Of a DNA stretch of 64,000 nt, positions 15,170 to 28,096 are shown one piece after another. A model generated the notes under the pieces. It searched no databases, was not told where the DNA came from, and was given only the letters and a program-made list of their open reading frames with translations. The stretch's first letter is position 1. Every line of letters starts with the position of its first letter. Location: NCBI GenBank assembly GCA_905331295.1, contig CAJNYD010000048.1, positions 186,001 to 250,000 on the forward strand. The letters are read 5' to 3'. Origin of the DNA: Rotaria socialis. Taxonomy: Eukaryota. A program made the translations under genes and the position numbers.

Positions 15170-18100
15170 ACATGAAATAAAATCTTCATTCGCATCCACA
15201 GAAACAAGAGGACTTTCTCACAAGGGATACATCATTGACTCTGTGGATTCAAGCACCAGAGCGTTCTTCGATTGTTCAATAATTTGGTGAATCATCTATG
15301 TATTGCATCACCTTTTTAGTCCTATGTATAAATGCTCAAGTTTATATATTCTTTAGATCATCGATTACTCATATCCAAGGACATGCATGTACTGATCTGT
15401 CTCAATGTATGAAATCCACATCAAGTTCAGGTCTCAATATAAATGATCGCTTTATTTGAATACGACATCTTCTTGATGGTATATCACCGACTGCAACACC
15501 ACAGCTATTGAAGTCCATTTTAGATGATTGTGCAGTATAATATGATTTACTTATAATTGCTCAACCGTAATTGAAGTTGTTACTGGTACGATGAAAGTTC
15601 AAATAAAACCGAACAAGAAGAATGCTCTCGTAAAATTGCTTATATTATGTACTATCATCAAAACTTTTTATTTGCTTCGTTGTTGTGCTACAAATACTAA
15701 GGGTGAAATACAAACATATTTTCCAAGCAATCATGAAAATACACAAAAACGAAATTTTGAAAGTAAGATTTACAACAAATTTTTAATCTAAAACTATTTT
15801 ATGTTTGAAGTACTCATGAATGAATCTAGCGTCACCAGAAGACGGCATTATTGAAAATGATGAAGTTACAGTACAAACTGCAGGACCACAACATATAGAT
15901 AATTTTATTAATTCTAGTCTTTTAAAATTTCCGAAAAATGAAAATTCAAACAATGCATTACCACAACACTGCATATTGGAAAGCGATCTGCCAAATGAAG
16001 TTGAATGTATGAGCGTTTATGACATTTCTACTCCAATAGCTACCAGTTTACTTTTTCAAAAACAAAATTCCCTGGTTTCAAATTTTCTCCAACACTCTTC
16101 TAGTAGTAAGATATGACATGAATATAATTTCACAAATCATTAATTTATCTGGATATAATGGTTGATAATATATATGTTTTCATTAGTAATGATTTTAATT
16201 CAAGTAAATCAAAAAGCTAATATTAATATCAAAACTTTTTGTTTATTATTTTAGAAAGTCGCACTTATCACCGAACAGCGCAAATCGAAACTTGTATAAA
16301 TAATATTAAAGACAAAATTATTGACGCAAATCCAATATCACTCGCCATTCAAGCATACGGTGAAATTGTGAAGAGAAATTGATTCATTCATATTTGATGT
16401 TCAGAACTGCCGCCCTAATCTTTACAACCATAGTTCGTCAAGAGATATTATACATTGTCCAGAACGAACACTCAATTCATTAAATATTTGTCCGCCACGA
16501 ACTACACAATATATATATATATTTTACCATATGATAATGCTGCTATTTCTACTAATTTCCACAACCATGATCAAACACGAATGCAAGTAACGAAGGAAAC
16601 ATGAGAATCAAATGTAGACTGATTCCATTGTTTAGTTCAACTCAATGTGTATGCCAGGAAGATCGAAGCATTTCTCACAGTCGCACATCTCCATCCATTG
16701 ATTTGTCAAGCACAACATAAGTCACTCCAATTGATTCTCGATCAACATCATGAAACTATTCATGTCGGGAACCAGAAATTTTTATACATCCAACATAAGC
16801 ATGGGATATTCGATATCCGACCGATTTAATTCCAAAACTAAAAAGCAAACCAATAAAAAAATCAAACGCCCAAACACTGAGAAAATAATCAGAAAAAAAG
16901 AAGAAAAACAAAAGCGTAACAAATGAAACAAAGAAAGTGATCGGACTATTGCAAGGTACCGGAGGTCAACGCACATACATTCAACTGAAAATAATACACT
17001 GGTTTATGTTTTAAAAAATCAAGCCATTTAACTCTCTACTTATTTTTTAGGTAGCTCCGCGCGGTGCTCAATCCATGTATCTTGCTATGGGTACTAGAAC
17101 TGTTGAGAATAAGTGTCACTCTTCGAAAGTCGTCGTACAAGAAAAAACAAAGGTCAACAAAGATCTGTTGAATTACGAGAACGTTCTTAATTATTTTAAT
17201 TTTAATCGATGCGATACATAACATTAGTTTGATTTGCAAACGCGAAATGTTTGTCTGAAAATTAGCTTGCAAGAGAATGGCAGGAGTAAGTGTTTATTAT
17301 CATATGAAAATCTTCTAATATACATGTTTACAGTGTAAGGTGCCGCTAAAGCAGAATTGGAGTAAATTTTGTTTTTCGTTTATTCATATATGGTTCGATA
17401 GAGCTTGAAAAGCTGATCACGAATATATACTTTTTATTTCGATTTAGTTACTGTTTGGCTGAGAAAATCTTAAAAAACAAGAACAACTGAAAAAATGCTG
17501 TTTTTATGTTAAATTTTAATTTTTTACAAAAATTACCAAATTTCTTTTCCAGTTATTTTCTGAACATTTTTAAAGTACTATATTCTGAATCAGCATGAAA
17601 AACTGAATAGGAAAATCTTATTTGGATAGATGCAGACCTAAAAAAGAAAAAATTTTCTTATCTCATATAAATAGCTCCATCAGACGAAAAGTATGTGTCA
17701 GTGAGCGTTCTTGTAAAGCTATCTAGTTTTTTGCAAGAAGAGGTAGAAACAATTGTCTCATCTTATTAGAATCACCAAATCATAGGCTACAAAAGTACCT
17801 ATTTTGTTTTTTCAAATTTTTATTTTTTTGTTGAAAAATTTGAATTTTTTTGCTGTTGGGTGATAGTATGAAGCAAAAAGACGAAAAATGTGCATTTATT
17901 GACCAGTTTTCATAACAATAACTAAGGCAAAAGACAAAACCAATAGCATATTCGGAATCAGCGTTAAAATCTACATCGACTCATATATATTTGATTGAAT
18001 TTTATTTTCTGAGAAAAATTCACCTGTGGGGGACTAGGAGAAAATTTTTAGGAAATTATACCTGAGGGGGACCACAGGCATTTTTTTGTCAGAAATATTT

Positions 18101-18990
18101 TCGTAACAAACAAATATGAGTCGATGTAGATTTTAACGCTGATTCCGAATATGCTATTGGTTTTGTCTTTTGCCTTAGTTATTGTTATGAAAACTGGTCA
18201 ATAAATGCACATTTTTCGTCTTTTTGCTTCATACTATCACCCAACAGCAAAAAAATTCAAATTTTTCAACAAAAAAATAAAAATTTGAAAAAACAAAATA
18301 GGTACTTTTGTAGCCTATGATTTGGTGATTCTAATAAGATGAGACAATTGTTTCTACCTCTTCTTGCAAAAAACTAGATAGCTTTACAAGAACGCTCACT
18401 GACACATACTTTTCGTCTGATGGAGCTATTTATATGAGATAAGAAAATTTTTTCTTTTTTAGGTCTGCATCTATCCAAATAAGATTTTCCTATTCAGTTT
18501 TTCATGCTGATTCAGAATATAGTACTTTAAAAATGTTCAGAAAATAACTGGAAAAGAAATTTGGTAATTTTTGTAAAAAATTAAAATTTAACATAAAAAC
18601 AGCATTTTTTCAGTTGTTCTTGTTTTTTAAGATTTTCTCAGCCAAACAGTAACTAAATCGAAATAAAAAGTATATATTCGTGATCAGCTTTTCAAGCTCT
18701 ATCGAACCATATATGAATAAACGAAAAACAAAATTTACTCCAATTCTGCTTTAGCGGCACCTTACCAATACGTATGTTTAATTTATATCAAAAGCGACAA
18801 TTAAAAAAAGAAATGATTAAACGTGAACAACTTGACAAATGTAAAATATAATTCTAGCATTGTATTTAAAAGAGTGGGATTTTTGAGCCTATTTGTTATG
18901 GATCATTATCTTCTATAATAAGAGAAAGTAAAACTTATCGAGGTTTTTGTTACATTTTAGTAATATTTGTTTGTCTAAGAAGAAAGAAAC
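15170..18990 (+). pseudogene. Rel-homology-like array copy 3 (pseudogene, interrupted by foldback element)
   Basis: N-domain remnant TDLSQCMK...ISPTATPQ...SILD matches copy 4. Also LLQGTGGQRTYIQLK (~16945-16990), VAPRGAQSMYLAMGTRTVENKCHSSKVVV...(17051-17285, with stops), and VPIRMFNLYQ...LDKCKI*F*HCI*..FEPI..SIIRE after removing the 17338-18762 insert. Ends approximate. Confidence 0.8.
17338..18762. mobile_element. Foldback / long-TIR non-autonomous DNA transposon, TA TSD
   Basis: 17338-17986 is the reverse complement of 18114-18762 (~649-bp arms; no mismatch seen in the segments compared). TA flanks at 17336-37 and 18763-64. Removing the element restores the host exon. Confidence 0.95.
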
Positions 18991-21068
18991 CTCATCACTC
19001 CATGGTATCCAATAGAAACGAAGAATAATATCAACTTTACCTGTCGTAGCGTTTGAAACATGAAATTTTGAGTGCATCCTATGCAGTTTTCTCTTCAGAA
19101 TTATTACATATATATGTATATACGATCATTTTTTTTTCTTTCTAAAAGGATGTGTGGGTGTTTTTTTCTTTTTTGTATTACACCTAGATAGTTTCTTTTA
19201 TTTTCTTCATTCGAAAACGTTAACCTTTATATTTTGTCTAAAAAACTGTTTTAAAAACATAAACTTTTTCTCTTGAGTTGTTACAATTCATCAATACGTG
19301 GTAACCACTTAGACATTCGTTATTTGAATGTCACACAAAATAAAAATTTGTAGACATACTTAATATACAAATCATTATGATGAAAAACAAAATGAATATC
19401 TTCTCTCATATAGATATTAGCAAAACATTAATCTAAATGCACTTGTTTGGATCAGAAATCGGAGCTTTCATGGTACCATAAAATTTCAAAAGAGACTTCG
19501 TATTAAATGAATATAGTTTCAATTATGACGTCAGAGTACGAATTACCTATGTGTTACACAGTACCACGATATTTCAGACACATCTACCGCATTGATTTTA
19601 TAAGCATAAGAGTAATGAATCAAGTGCTGTTATTTCATAGTTGTCACAAAGAGCAATCAAATCGAAGAAAAGTTTTACATATATGAGCTTTATTATCAGA
19701 ACTGTTAAATGATTTAAATTGTTAAGCATTTGACAGGTTAGTTTGAAGTAGATAAAAGGTTTGTTTTTAGTGTACAATAATCAGTTATAACTATTATTAC
19801 TATGATTATCTACTATGCATCGTTTGCGTTAGACTTCATAATGTCTAGTAGCACACGAACAATTAGAGTACATAGACAGCATATATAATTATTTTCAGTT
19901 TTATGCATATCTGTCAAGCTATTTTCGCTCACAGTTTTGTCTAAAACAAGGTGCCGAGAAATACTTTACATAAGTTTGCCTCGTTACATGTGCTATCAAA
20001 TGGATAAACTTATGAATAATATGGTTAGAAAAAATTATACAACAATCAAAAAAAGTCTAAAACAATTAATGATTCGAAATATCAAGTATAAAATAAGAAA
20101 TAGAGTTGCTTATAGTCTTAATGTAGAATTCTATAGATGAAATATGAGCATATATTATTATAGAAATAGGGAAGAAAATACTGATCTATTAGTTCTTAAT
20201 TCTGCCTATTCAAATTAGGTTGATTCACTGAATAATCATCGAGTATCAAAGAAAATGATACATTTATGTGCACGTGAAAAAGCATATTTATTTAAAAAAT
20301 TGAATAAAAGTTAGCTTTGGAAGATATTCTCAGATGAAACAAGCACACTTCATATGATTTGTGACAGTCGGAATAAGCCTGCATGAAAAACAGTATCTTC
20401 TGATTAACCATATATGCATTATTTGTTTGGTTCCAACGGCATGGTGTTATCCAAATGACATGACATACGCGGAAAGCAATTATGGATATTTTTTATTTCA
20501 CTTAAGTTCATTGATTTTTACGAGGAAACGAGTAGTTTATTTTAGTAACGTATATAGGATAAGTTTATCCTATCTACGACATTGTCTTTTTCGTATTTGT
20601 ACGATTATTCTCTTCTTAATTGAAACAATGTTTTAATTGACTAAGTTCTATTGGAAGACGATTGAGAGTTATTTAAAGACAATATCATGATATCATGAAT
20701 ATGAAAATTGTATTGAAGCAGAAAATTCTCCAATAGCGAACAGATTATAGAAAAATAAATATGGCAGTGTTTATATACTTACTTTATCACAATAATATTT
20801 ATTCTCAGGTAGGTATATTGAGTTTGCTGGGAAAAACCAGCTCGACGAATACTGCGTCTTTTATTTTTTTCTTTTCATAATACTTAACTTCACCCCCCTC
20901 TTTTTTATTGTAATTCTTTATTTTCTCTCTCCCCTTTTTCTCGCTATATTAATTTGTTTTTTGCATCATTCGTTTCTACTATTCTACTATACTCACACAA
21001 TGAATCATACTCATCTTTTACATATTTGCTTTTACAATTGTTGAAGATTCTAAATCCAACAAGTAGAC

Positions 21069-24000
21069 ATGGATATAAACGCTTCAATCCCTGCGTCCGA
21101 AATCAGTAAATCATCCAACGAAGACGGACTACTGGCTTCATCAATTTATCCGTCAGAAGATCCATCTACCGTTCCAAAATCTGTTCAACATTTAATGTAT
21201 TATATTACATTTTCAATTAAGTTTTTACGTTCTCGAACTTTTATACTCTTTAGGTTGTGCGATGCTACTGTAAACATGCATTCATGGACTAATTTAGCTA
21301 GATGTATGAAATTTATACAAAAATATGGGCGACTTAAAAACCATTCTTTTACTTGGATGCGGCGCACTCTACATAGTTTATCACGCACTGCCACACCGCA
21401 ACAAATAGATAGCATTCTAAATGGCTATGCTGATCTATACCAACTCGACCTTAATATCATACGATTTTCTGATGATTGTACAATTCATAAAAGAGATATT
21501 TCTTCGTATGGAGGAACGTCAAGCAAAATCAAACAGAAACGTCGTTGTCGTAAAATTGCTTATATTATGTATGATTTTGAAAAACTTTTATTTGCACCGT
21601 GGTATGCTACTCATAAAAATGGTGAATTGCAAACATGTTTCGCCAACAGCGATGAAAATATCATGGATAATATAGTAGGATCAATTGACTATAGGAATTT
21701 CGAGAGTAAGACTGTAAAAAAGAACGAAAATTTCTATTCTTTATATTTATGAAGTATTGCAGAATCCTACTTCATCAGTAGATGACATTACTGATAAGGA
21801 TGAAGCTACAGTTTATGCTGAACCATCACATAAAATTGATAAATCAAGTAACTTGTGCCTTGCAAAATCGAGCGCTATGAATTTCACTTATTGTGCCGAT
21901 GCTCGACCCTTTCAAAATGAAGCTGTTTTGAGGACGACGATGACCGGCGAAGATAATGCGCAATATATTACAAGACTTGTTCCTGAATCAGTTTCACACT
22001 GTCAAGTCAAAGAAATCTTCACAAACCAAAACTGTAAGTTATTTTTTGTCTGGGACCGCATCCAACTTAAAGTAGCTCATAAATAAAAAAAATAAGGCTC
22101 ACGATTGTTTATTTAATGACTAAATTGCTTTTATCATATAGAAAATACTGAACACACCAAGGTTATCATAATACAGCTAATAATATATAAGAAGCATAAA
22201 TTTTATTTATTCTGTATGTCCACTATACATTTTTATCTTGCCCATAGAGAAGCTGCTGTTTTACTGAATGTTAGAGTATTTCTTCCATTGCAATGAGTCA
22301 ATTTTTCGTTGATGAATAAGCTAATCAATTAATTAATATGAATCATTCAGCAATACCCAGGTCGAACATTCCGGCCACTGGATCCCGTAGGATACTCCAG
22401 GAAATATGCGGGGAATGCAGCATATCCTGTAGGGGAACACGAGAAATCGCCGGAACATGGAAGCAGTATTCCGGTGCTTTCCGACAGGAATACTACTTCG
22501 ACAAAATCAACGGAACCACCCAGAACCGGCCGGACTATATGACCTGGGTAGATAATTGTACAATACAGGAATAGTCTTGGATAAAAATAAGTTTAAACCA
22601 TTTCCCAGCAGGCTATGCCAATACATATGTATGACTTAATATGAAATCGTGTCCCTTTTTAATTCTGATAAAATTGATACTACTTTAAATATAAGAGATG
22701 TTAATTTGGAAAGCCAGATGGGATTTTTCTTAACATTGATCAGTGAAATTGATCGATATTAAGAAACGTTCATTTGCGTTTTAAACTGAAGAAAAGAACC
22801 AACGGGGCAAAAAAGGATTGTTACCAAGCAATAGTAGAGCACATAATTTTCGTAGCTATATACCAGAAGAGACCCATATATCGTCATGCTCGTTTTTTAT
22901 ATATTTCTCATCAACAATAAAATTTAAGTGAGACTCTTTATCCAATACCAATAACTATTCTATTTTGATTATCGTAATTACGTAGATTCATTAGGTAACG
23001 ACCTCAATTCATCAACTGGTACAGGTTCAGTTGAAAAAGTGTCGGGCAATATTGATTACCTGATGATTTTGCGCTCTGATGGCAGACCTCTTATTGGTAA
23101 GTTGTATGATAACTCGATGCTTATAACTTGTATTGTCTTTCTTATTGTATTTTATAGAAGAATTTGGTGATGCTAAATCGATGGAAACCAATGATCAACA
23201 ACATATTGCTAACGATAATGTTAGAGGAGGAGAATGGGTTTCAAAAAATATTAGAATAAATACAACACAAAGTAAAATTGGATATCCAAACGTAGATACT
23301 AGCTCTTCCAAAAATATAATTACTGCTACTTCCATCTGCGCATTTCCGAGTACTGCGCAGCCGACAACAATAAATGAACCTCAAACTTTAGCAATGGACA
23401 GTTTAATGCAACCATACGGTTTACTAAAAGTAACGAAGGATCCGAAGCGTTATAGGCGCGTTCGTATGTTAAAAGATTTACAAAGAAATAAGTGTCCATT
23501 AATACAAGCTGGTGAAGGCAGGGAACAGAGAAAATATCTTGAGATTGAAGTAATTAATTTTATACGTATTTGTGCTCGTACTAAAGATGTAATTCTCAAT
23601 TTTAGGTACCAATTAATGATGATGTAGAACTTTTTGTTCGTATTCGAGCTACTACGGAAGACCAACAACCACATTCAGATCAAACTGTTGCACCTGAAAA
23701 TGCACGTGTCAATTGGGAACTGATGACAGATCGCAATGAACGAACTTGTTTACAATGTGATCCGGGCAGTTTTGATGCAAGAACAGGATCTGTTTACTTA
23801 AAAATCAATAATGATGAACGTCGACTGCGCAGAAAAACGTGAGTACATATAGTATGAGTCTATCTATCATTCGTCAATATTTTTTTAGAATTAAAATTCG
23901 CCTTTTAAAATGTAAACGGATTGGACTATCAATTGAAGACGATTTTCAAAGTGCAGATCTGAGAAAATGTAGGATTGAATTTCAACTATGTACACAAGAC

Positions 24001-24564
24001 ACTTCCGGTCAATATCAACTGGTATCCCAGCCTTCCTACACAACTATCATCGAATTACGTCAGTCACGCCTACGCAATTTTGTTTTATTATTCACTCTAA
24101 TGAATATTTTTGTTTTAGAGGATGGCGATGTAGCAATTGATCCAGAAGAGGTTGAACCAAAACAACTATGTGAACTAGGTGCTGAGAAAATTAGTGTACC
24201 CTTAAGCGTTGCATGTAATAAAAAAGGTATGAGTTTTACATAATGTCAATGAGTTTGATTGAAAATTCTTCTAGATTTTCGTATTAAATTGAATGGAATT
24301 GAATTAAAACGTACGGATTTTATCATCACACGGAAAAGCTTATTATTAACTTCACCGCCTAAAGAAAAAGGCATTGAGCAACTTCATTTAGTTATTATGA
24401 AAACAGAACATATTGAAGAAACTGCAATAAAAGAAGAACATGAACTGTATGACGGCTATATACAATATGTTACACATGGTACGAATATATTTAGAGTGAT
24501 AATTCTCAATAATATTCTCGATGTTCTTTTTATTATAGATAAATGCATGCACAGTCGTTCATGA
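21069..24564 (+). CDS. Rel-homology-like array copy 4 (intact; N-domain + low-complexity linker + RHD-like + IPT-like domain)
   Basis: Multi-exon ORF, open across the junctions checked: LLKVTKDPKRYRRVRMLKDL...YLEIE|VP...FVRIRATT..PH...|IKIRLLKCKR...DLRKCRIEFQLCTQDTSG..LVSQPSYTTIIE..|..VEPKQLCELGAEKISVPLSVACNKK|DFRIKLNG...LLLTSPP...*. Confidence 0.8.
22356..22548. mobile_element. MITE in intron of array copy 4
   Basis: TA|CCCAGGTC ... GACCTGGG|TA; GC-rich interior with CCGG/CAGGA motifs in AT-rich surroundings. Confidence 0.85.
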
Positions 24565-25267
24565 TTGATAATCCTGTAGCAGATACTCAAATAGGATAAA
24601 TGGCTTTTATTTTGAAATCCCATTCAAATTTTTTCATTACAGTAAAAATGTCTAACTCTCGAGTTTTCTGTTTATTTTTCAAGTTTATCTATTTTTATTT
24701 TAAAATAATTATCAATATTGACTCGAATGCTATTCTGAAACTAATGTAACTCGGAAAATTTTTATTATTTCTTTTTGTTTTAGATTTTCTTCAAATTATT
24801 TACTATTCAACATCGATCAGTGTCCCCCATTGCACTTTGTTCTCAAGTTGGATCATGTTAGAAAATGATTCCTATATTATCCATTCATTTTTTCTTTCTA
24901 ATCGTATCGATTAGCAATATTACCGAGATTCGTGATTTATTACATCGCTTTTTTGCATTTTGTTTTGTAGTTACTATAGACATCTTAGGAGTTTTTTTTC
25001 TACGACTATGTTAAGATAGTATATTAATATATTTGAATCAAAACTTTTTCTCTCAAAGTTATTTAAAATTCTTCTTGCTCTATGTATACTCGAAATTTTC
25101 TTCGCCTTCCTTGTCAGAATTAGTCATTATTTTTCAGTTCATATGCGTTCTTTTTCTTTCCTATGCGTAGGTTTTAACCTAGAAAAAACAACCCTTCAAT
25201 AAAAATCAAGCTGCATTAAACATCGCGTTATTTCACAATCAAAAATTTGCCATTAAACTACATAAAC

Positions 25268-27514
25268 ATGGCCAGACAATCTTCATCGAATTCTGTCGAA
25301 CAAATGAATTCATACAATCAATCAGATTTAGACTTAAGCTTACTAGAAAACCATAATGTCTCTTTTGGCAATACTGAAAAGTATCATTTTTGTTTTTGAT
25401 TTGCGTATTATGCAACTGATTGATTTTTAGTTTTGCTGACGAGCCTATCGGTGTGTATCAGACATCACATTTACGGGACGCAGCTATTTTTATTCGGTCA
25501 AATGGAACTTGTCAAAATGCTAATATTCCCCGCGATTCGCAACATTCAGTTCAATCGCTTAACGAACTCTTCGCTTATCTTGCTACACTAAAAAGTACAC
25601 CTCAACAATTTTATCGCGGATTAATTAACGTTTATGCAGAGCTTTATAAAATTGATCTTCACGTAATTGCGCTTAACACTAATAATAAATATATAATTAT
25701 TGGCAAGGACGAAGTTTTCGATTCAAACGAAGTACCAATCGATCAGGAAAAGCATGCCTTCATTTATTGTGATCTTGAAAATGATATTTATAGCCCATGG
25801 TTTTATCGAAACAGTACCAATGGAGAAAACCGTACTGTCTTCACGAAAGATGATGCACTTATCTGGCGCTCTATTGCAACTAGAATTAATAGAAAAAACG
25901 AAGAAAGTATGTTCTATCCTTAAACTGGAAGCTTCAATAATACATGTGCTTATTTTCTATTTCCATAGATGATACAACACAAATGCAGGAAGACTTCAGC
26001 TTACCATCAAATGATCTTGGCAGTAAGAGCTTCACTTCGAGAATCATTTTTTAAGTACAAATTCATTTAGATTCGGTATCAGAAAATAATTTGCCACCAG
26101 AAAACCATTCAATGATACGTATGCAACAAAAATAAGTATAATTATCGATATATTTTACTCGATATTATTTAGTCGATCAGCAACCTTCAGTCAGAATAGA
26201 AGCTAATGTTTGTATGGAACGGATGCTGCAGCAACTATGGCACATAACACAAGCCGCTACGTCTTTGCTGAGTCGCACAGTTTTAGAAGTCAACATGCCA
26301 GGTATTATGTCCAATTCTGCTGTATGAAAGTATTAGTTTTTTTTCTCTCTCTCTCATCAGAATTGAATACTGTACATCTTAATCAATCATCTTTTCAAGA
26401 AGTCAACCAAATGATACAAGATAGGCTACTTGTTATCTCAAACGTTTTTCAAGAAATATCCAACACTGCTTTATGTAAGTATCAATTTGAAAGATGTGTC
26501 TTACTTATTATTGATATGTATATTTCGCAGCGACCAACGATAATACTATTGTTCCCACTATAGCTACTGGAGACAATAATGAGCAAACTAGCACACGTAA
26601 GTTTCATAAATTGAATAGTTTTTTGATAATTCACTGCAATTTTTTAGTTCATTTGGGTGATACAAATAATTTTGAACAAGCCAATCGAAATGTTTCCAAC
26701 GTTACACCGTACTCTGAACCTCATTTGACAAACACTACTCATATTGCTCAAACTGCTTCATTACCAACGCCAGCATCATTTCAATATAATGCACCACCGA
26801 TCGAGATACAGCCAAAACCAGATTGGCACTATCGGAGCATGAAAGATCTAGGAAGCCCAGGATTTCCTATTATAGCTGGAGATGGTCCTCAACGTACGCC
26901 GATAAGAGTTCAAGTAAGACAATTTCTTATGTTCAAAGAAGCGTTCACTAGAAAGAAATAAAATGTTCGCATTATTTTTCAGGTTCCTCATCAAGTGCAT
27001 GATAAAATGTACCTTGGTATTAAGATTGTAACTTATAATCATCTTAAACATCTTTCAAAAGTGCTTGTTCCTAAAGGCACCACTGTCGACGTGAGGAATT
27101 TCGGCAAAGACAACGAATTAAATCGTTTACAATTTGTTCAATGTAATCAAGCAGATTATTTCGATCCTAACAATATATACGTTTATTCAGGCATCACTGC
27201 AGACGAACATCGAGCTGGGAGAAAAGAGTAACTAACTAATGAGGAGTTCCACGCATAATTACTTATATTCTATTTTTTTGATAGCGTAAAAATCTATGTA
27301 TTCAACTTGTATCAAACTGGTTCAATTAATAAAGACTTGATCGCGACTGGCCAACTAAAAAAATTTAAGTTGGCTTTTTGGCTGAATATTTTTGAAGATG
27401 GTGTTTTTAAGCCTATATCAGCAACTTCATCATCTCGGGAAATAGAAGAGGGTAAGTTTTAGTTAGACGTTGTGCCTCATTCCTTTTTCTTTCGTTTTTC
27501 TCTTCCTAGAATGA
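25268..27514 (+). CDS. Rel-homology-like array copy 5 (intact; N-domain + linker + RHD-like domain)
   Basis: About 11 exons joined in frame: MARQSSS...|FADEP...YAELYKIDLHVI...YSPWF...|...IEIQPKPDWHYRSMKDL..GDGPQRTPIRVQ|VP..MYLGIKIVT..HLSKVLVP..|DVKIYVFNLYQ..FKLAFWL..KPISATSSSREIEE|E* (TGA 27512-27514). Confidence 0.8.
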
Positions 27515-27879
27515 ATCATACGGTACTTTGATTTTATAACCTAACACTGGATGAAGTAAACGAACATACCTTTGACGATATTTCGAAAACGATAATATTA
27601 CCCACGTTAAAAACAACTCCTTTTTATACTCAGTTGGTTACTTCCTAGGAAAGAAATTACGGCCAAAATAAAATGACTCAGTGTAAACAAGTAAAAAAGT
27701 GCGCTGATTGGATGGTTTTTGTTTTTCAATTTCCAAATTCGTTCTTTTATGCGATAAGATTTGTTTCTTTGGCTGTTTGATATGAATAATCCGCTTGAAT
27801 CAATATTAAAATAAATGCAAAAAACATCGGATTTACATCCGAATTTTATGTGTACTTCAAAAAAACTTATAATAAAATA

Positions 27880-28096
27880 GAATAGGTCACTATTCACATA
27901 GAAAATAAGGAAATATTTTTGCGTAACTCAACAAATTCGTTTTCATCTTCGAACTCGACTGAGATATGTATAAGATCATTCTGTGAACAAAATTTCATGA
28001 CAATTGGGTGAGGCTTTCAATAATTATCGTGTTAACGGACGGACTGACAAATTGACTGAATCTAGAGTGTACTCACTCTTTGAGTACATAAAAAGA
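27880..28096 (+). mobile_element. HINE/DINE-1-like (Helentron-associated) short element, copy A
   Basis: Core CATCTTCGAACT.GACTGAG, then TTATCGTGT.AACGG, a GGAC/TGAC microsatellite, and a 3' hairpin GTGTACTCA-ctctt-TGAGTACAT followed by an A-run. Homologous to 62740-62976. Start approximate. Confidence 0.6.

Noticed and set aside
22338..22574. 78-aa ORF in copy 4 intron
   Set aside because: It coincides with the TIR-bounded MITE; the flanking exons join in frame without it.
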